Shown piece by piece: positions 62,205 to 64,000 of a DNA stretch of 64,000 nucleotides; positions within the stretch are counted from its first letter, which is position 1; each line of letters opens with the position of its first letter. This stretch comes from Candidatus Poribacteria bacterium (GTDB lineage Bacteria; Poribacteria; WGA-4E; WGA-3G). The notes beneath the pieces are model-generated. The model was not told where the DNA came from. It did not search any database and saw only the letters and a program-made list of their open reading frames with translations. A program made the translations under genes and the position numbers. Where the stretch lies: assembly GCA_963665235.2 (NCBI GenBank), contig CAXXLX010000001.1, positions 2,592,001-2,656,000 on the forward strand, given 5' to 3'.

Positions 62205-63680
62205 ATGGAAGAAGCAAATGACTTAATACGACAACGTAAAGAAAAATTAAAAGAAATTCGCGAGGCGGGTATTGAACCGTATCCGCATAAATACGCCCCG
62301 ACACATACGACATCAACGATTCATGAGGAGTTTGAAGAAAATGTTTCGGAAACGCCTGACGAGGCACATCGTGTCGTTATTGCGGGCAGAATTATGACGA
62401 AGCGTGACCACGGCAAAAGCAGCTTTGCACATTTGCAAGATGGCGAAGGACGCATCCAAATCTATGTGCGTCGAGACGACATCGGCGCGGAGGTCTACCG
62501 AGTTTATCGACGGTTTGATATCGGTGATATTATCGGTGTGAGCGGGGTTGTCTTCCGTACCCGTACAGGGGAACTCACTGTGCTTGCGGATGAGGTTCAA
62601 CTGCTCTGTAAGTCCATCCGGCCGCTTCCCGAAAAATGGCACGGTTTACAAGATAAACAGACCCGATATAGGCAGCGTTACGCGGATCTAATTATGAATC
62701 CTGAGGTGAAAGCGGTCTTTATCAAACGAACGCAAATTGTCAAAGCCATTCGGGACATGCTCGACGCGGATGGTTTTATTGAGGTTGAAACGCCAGTGCT
62801 TCAACCTATCTATGGTGGGGCGAGTGCGCGTCCCTTCACGACCTATCACAACACTTTGGATCAGCCGCTTTATCTGCGTATTGCCAATGAATTGTATCTC
62901 AAGCGATTGATAGTCGGTGGGTTCGACCGGGTTTACGAATTTTCGCGTGACTTTCGGAACGAAGGCATGGATCGTGATCACAATCCCGAGTTCACGATGC
63001 TTGAACTTTATCAGGCTTACGCAGACTATCGCCAGATAATGGAGCTCACGGAAACCCTCATCACGAAGACAGTGGAAGCTATCCATAAGACAACGAAAAT
63101 TAGTTATCAAGAAAAAGAGATTGATTTTACCCTGCCCTGGTGCAGACTTTCCATGGTTGAAGCGGTTCATGAGTACAGCGGTATTAATCCGGAGGCGTTG
63201 TCAGCCGATGAGCTTTACGCCGCGGCAGTTAGTGCGGACGTTTCATTGGCTGGCGATGAGTCTAAGGGTGAAATTATCGTGGAGCTTTTTGACGAATTCG
63301 TTGAGCCGAAATTAGTCCAACCGACCTTTATCTATGATTACCCGATAGAGGTATCCCCCTTCGCGAAGAAGAAACCGGAGGATCCGGAGTTTGTAGAACG
63401 TTTTGAATTTTTCATTTGCGGGATGGAAATCGGCAACGCCTTCAGCGAGCTCAATGACCCACTCGATCAGCGGCAACGTTTTCTCGAACAAGCAAGCAGT
63501 TTAGAAGCGGGAAATGAGGAAGCCTTCATGGTAGACGAAGATTATCTACGTGCGTTAGAATACGGCATGCCACCCACAGGCGGCCTCGGCATAGGGATTG
63601 ATAGGTTGACAATGCTGTTGACCGATCAGTATTCTATTCGCGATGTTATCCTATTTCCGCAGATGCGTCAGGAGAATTAA
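62205..63680 (+). CDS. lysS: Lysine--tRNA ligase (class II)
   Basis: RYRQRYADL, EVETPVL, YLRIANELYLKRL, FRNEG, GLGIGIDRL. Confidence 0.97.
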   Translation: MEEANDLIRQRKEKLKEIREAGIEPYPHKYAPTHTTSTIHEEFEENVSETPDEAHRVVIAGRIMTKRDHGKSSFAHLQDGEGRIQIYVRRDDIGAEVYRVYRRFDIGDIIGVSGVVFRTRTGELTVLADEVQLLCKSIRPLPEKWHGLQDKQTRYRQRYADLIMNPEVKAVFIKRTQIVKAIRDMLDADGFIEVETPVLQPIYGGASARPFTTYHNTLDQPLYLRIANELYLKRLIVGGFDRVYEFSRDFRNEGMDRDHNPEFTMLELYQAYADYRQIMELTETLITKTVEAIHKTTKISYQEKEIDFTLPWCRLSMVEAVHEYSGINPEALSADELYAAAVSADVSLAGDESKGEIIVELFDEFVEPKLVQPTFIYDYPIEVSPFAKKKPEDPEFVERFEFFICGMEIGNAFSELNDPLDQRQRFLEQASSLEAGNEEAFMVDEDYLRALEYGMPPTGGLGIGIDRLTMLLTDQYSIRDVILFPQMRQEN

Positions 63681-63681
63681 T

Positions 63682-64000
63682 ATGGAAACTGCACCGATAC
63701 TCCGGACAGAAAGATTGATACTCCGTTCCTTTACACTTTCGGATGCCCCGGAGGTACAACGGCTTGCTAGCGACCCCGATGTGGCATTGATGACAGCAAG
63801 GGTACCGCATCCTTATGAAGATGGAATGGCGGAGGCGTGGATTAGTGGAAACGCAGCAAAATTTGAAGAGGGAGCCGGCCTCTATTTCGCAATTACCAGC
63901 AGAACCGAACAAACGGCACAAGCCCTCCCTTTGATTGGAACAATCAGTTTAGAAATTGACCACGCTGAAAAAACGGCTGAACTCGGTTATTGGCTGGGTA
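63682..64000 (+). CDS. RimJ/RimL-type GNAT acetyltransferase (3'-partial)
   Basis: METAPILRTERLILRSF..VPHPY..AELGYWLG; runs off the window. Confidence 0.88.
   Translation, partial: METAPILRTERLILRSFTLSDAPEVQRLASDPDVALMTARVPHPYEDGMAEAWISGNAAKFEEGAGLYFAITSRTEQTAQALPLIGTISLEIDHAEKTAELGYWLG

Overview
Bacterial chromosomal window. WD40 expansions, an ECF-sigma/WD40 fusion, dockerin-like repeats, a sulfatase, a PhyH dioxygenase and dense REP/MITE content suggest a Poribacteria-like sponge symbiont (inference). Housekeeping genes include tgt, truD, rqcH, lnt, prfB with its +1 frameshift, and lysS. Main accessory signals: (1) a diversity-generating retroelement cassette at 1-1860 with target gene, variable repeat (VR), hairpin, avd and template repeat (TR), adenine-specific VR/TR differences, a frameshifted VR, an Avd truncated and fused to TR, and no reverse transcriptase in the window; (2) an eroded type I R-M/defence island containing an inverted hsdR segment and a DUF3800 gene facing a candidate small RNA; (3) two ORF-less IS200/IS605-type elements, each with a consensus promoter and 330-430 nt of strongly structured non-coding cargo; (4) a tandem triplication of an ATPase + DUF4276-like pair, with degenerate ABC motifs in two copies; (5) a cas-less array of four 30-bp REP-like repeats with unique 36-37 bp spacers; (6) a duplicated promoter plus structured leader ahead of two divergent envelope genes; (7) a decapitated ~790-codon Cys-rich gene. 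All alignments and folds were read by eye; family names come from motif recognition, not database searches.
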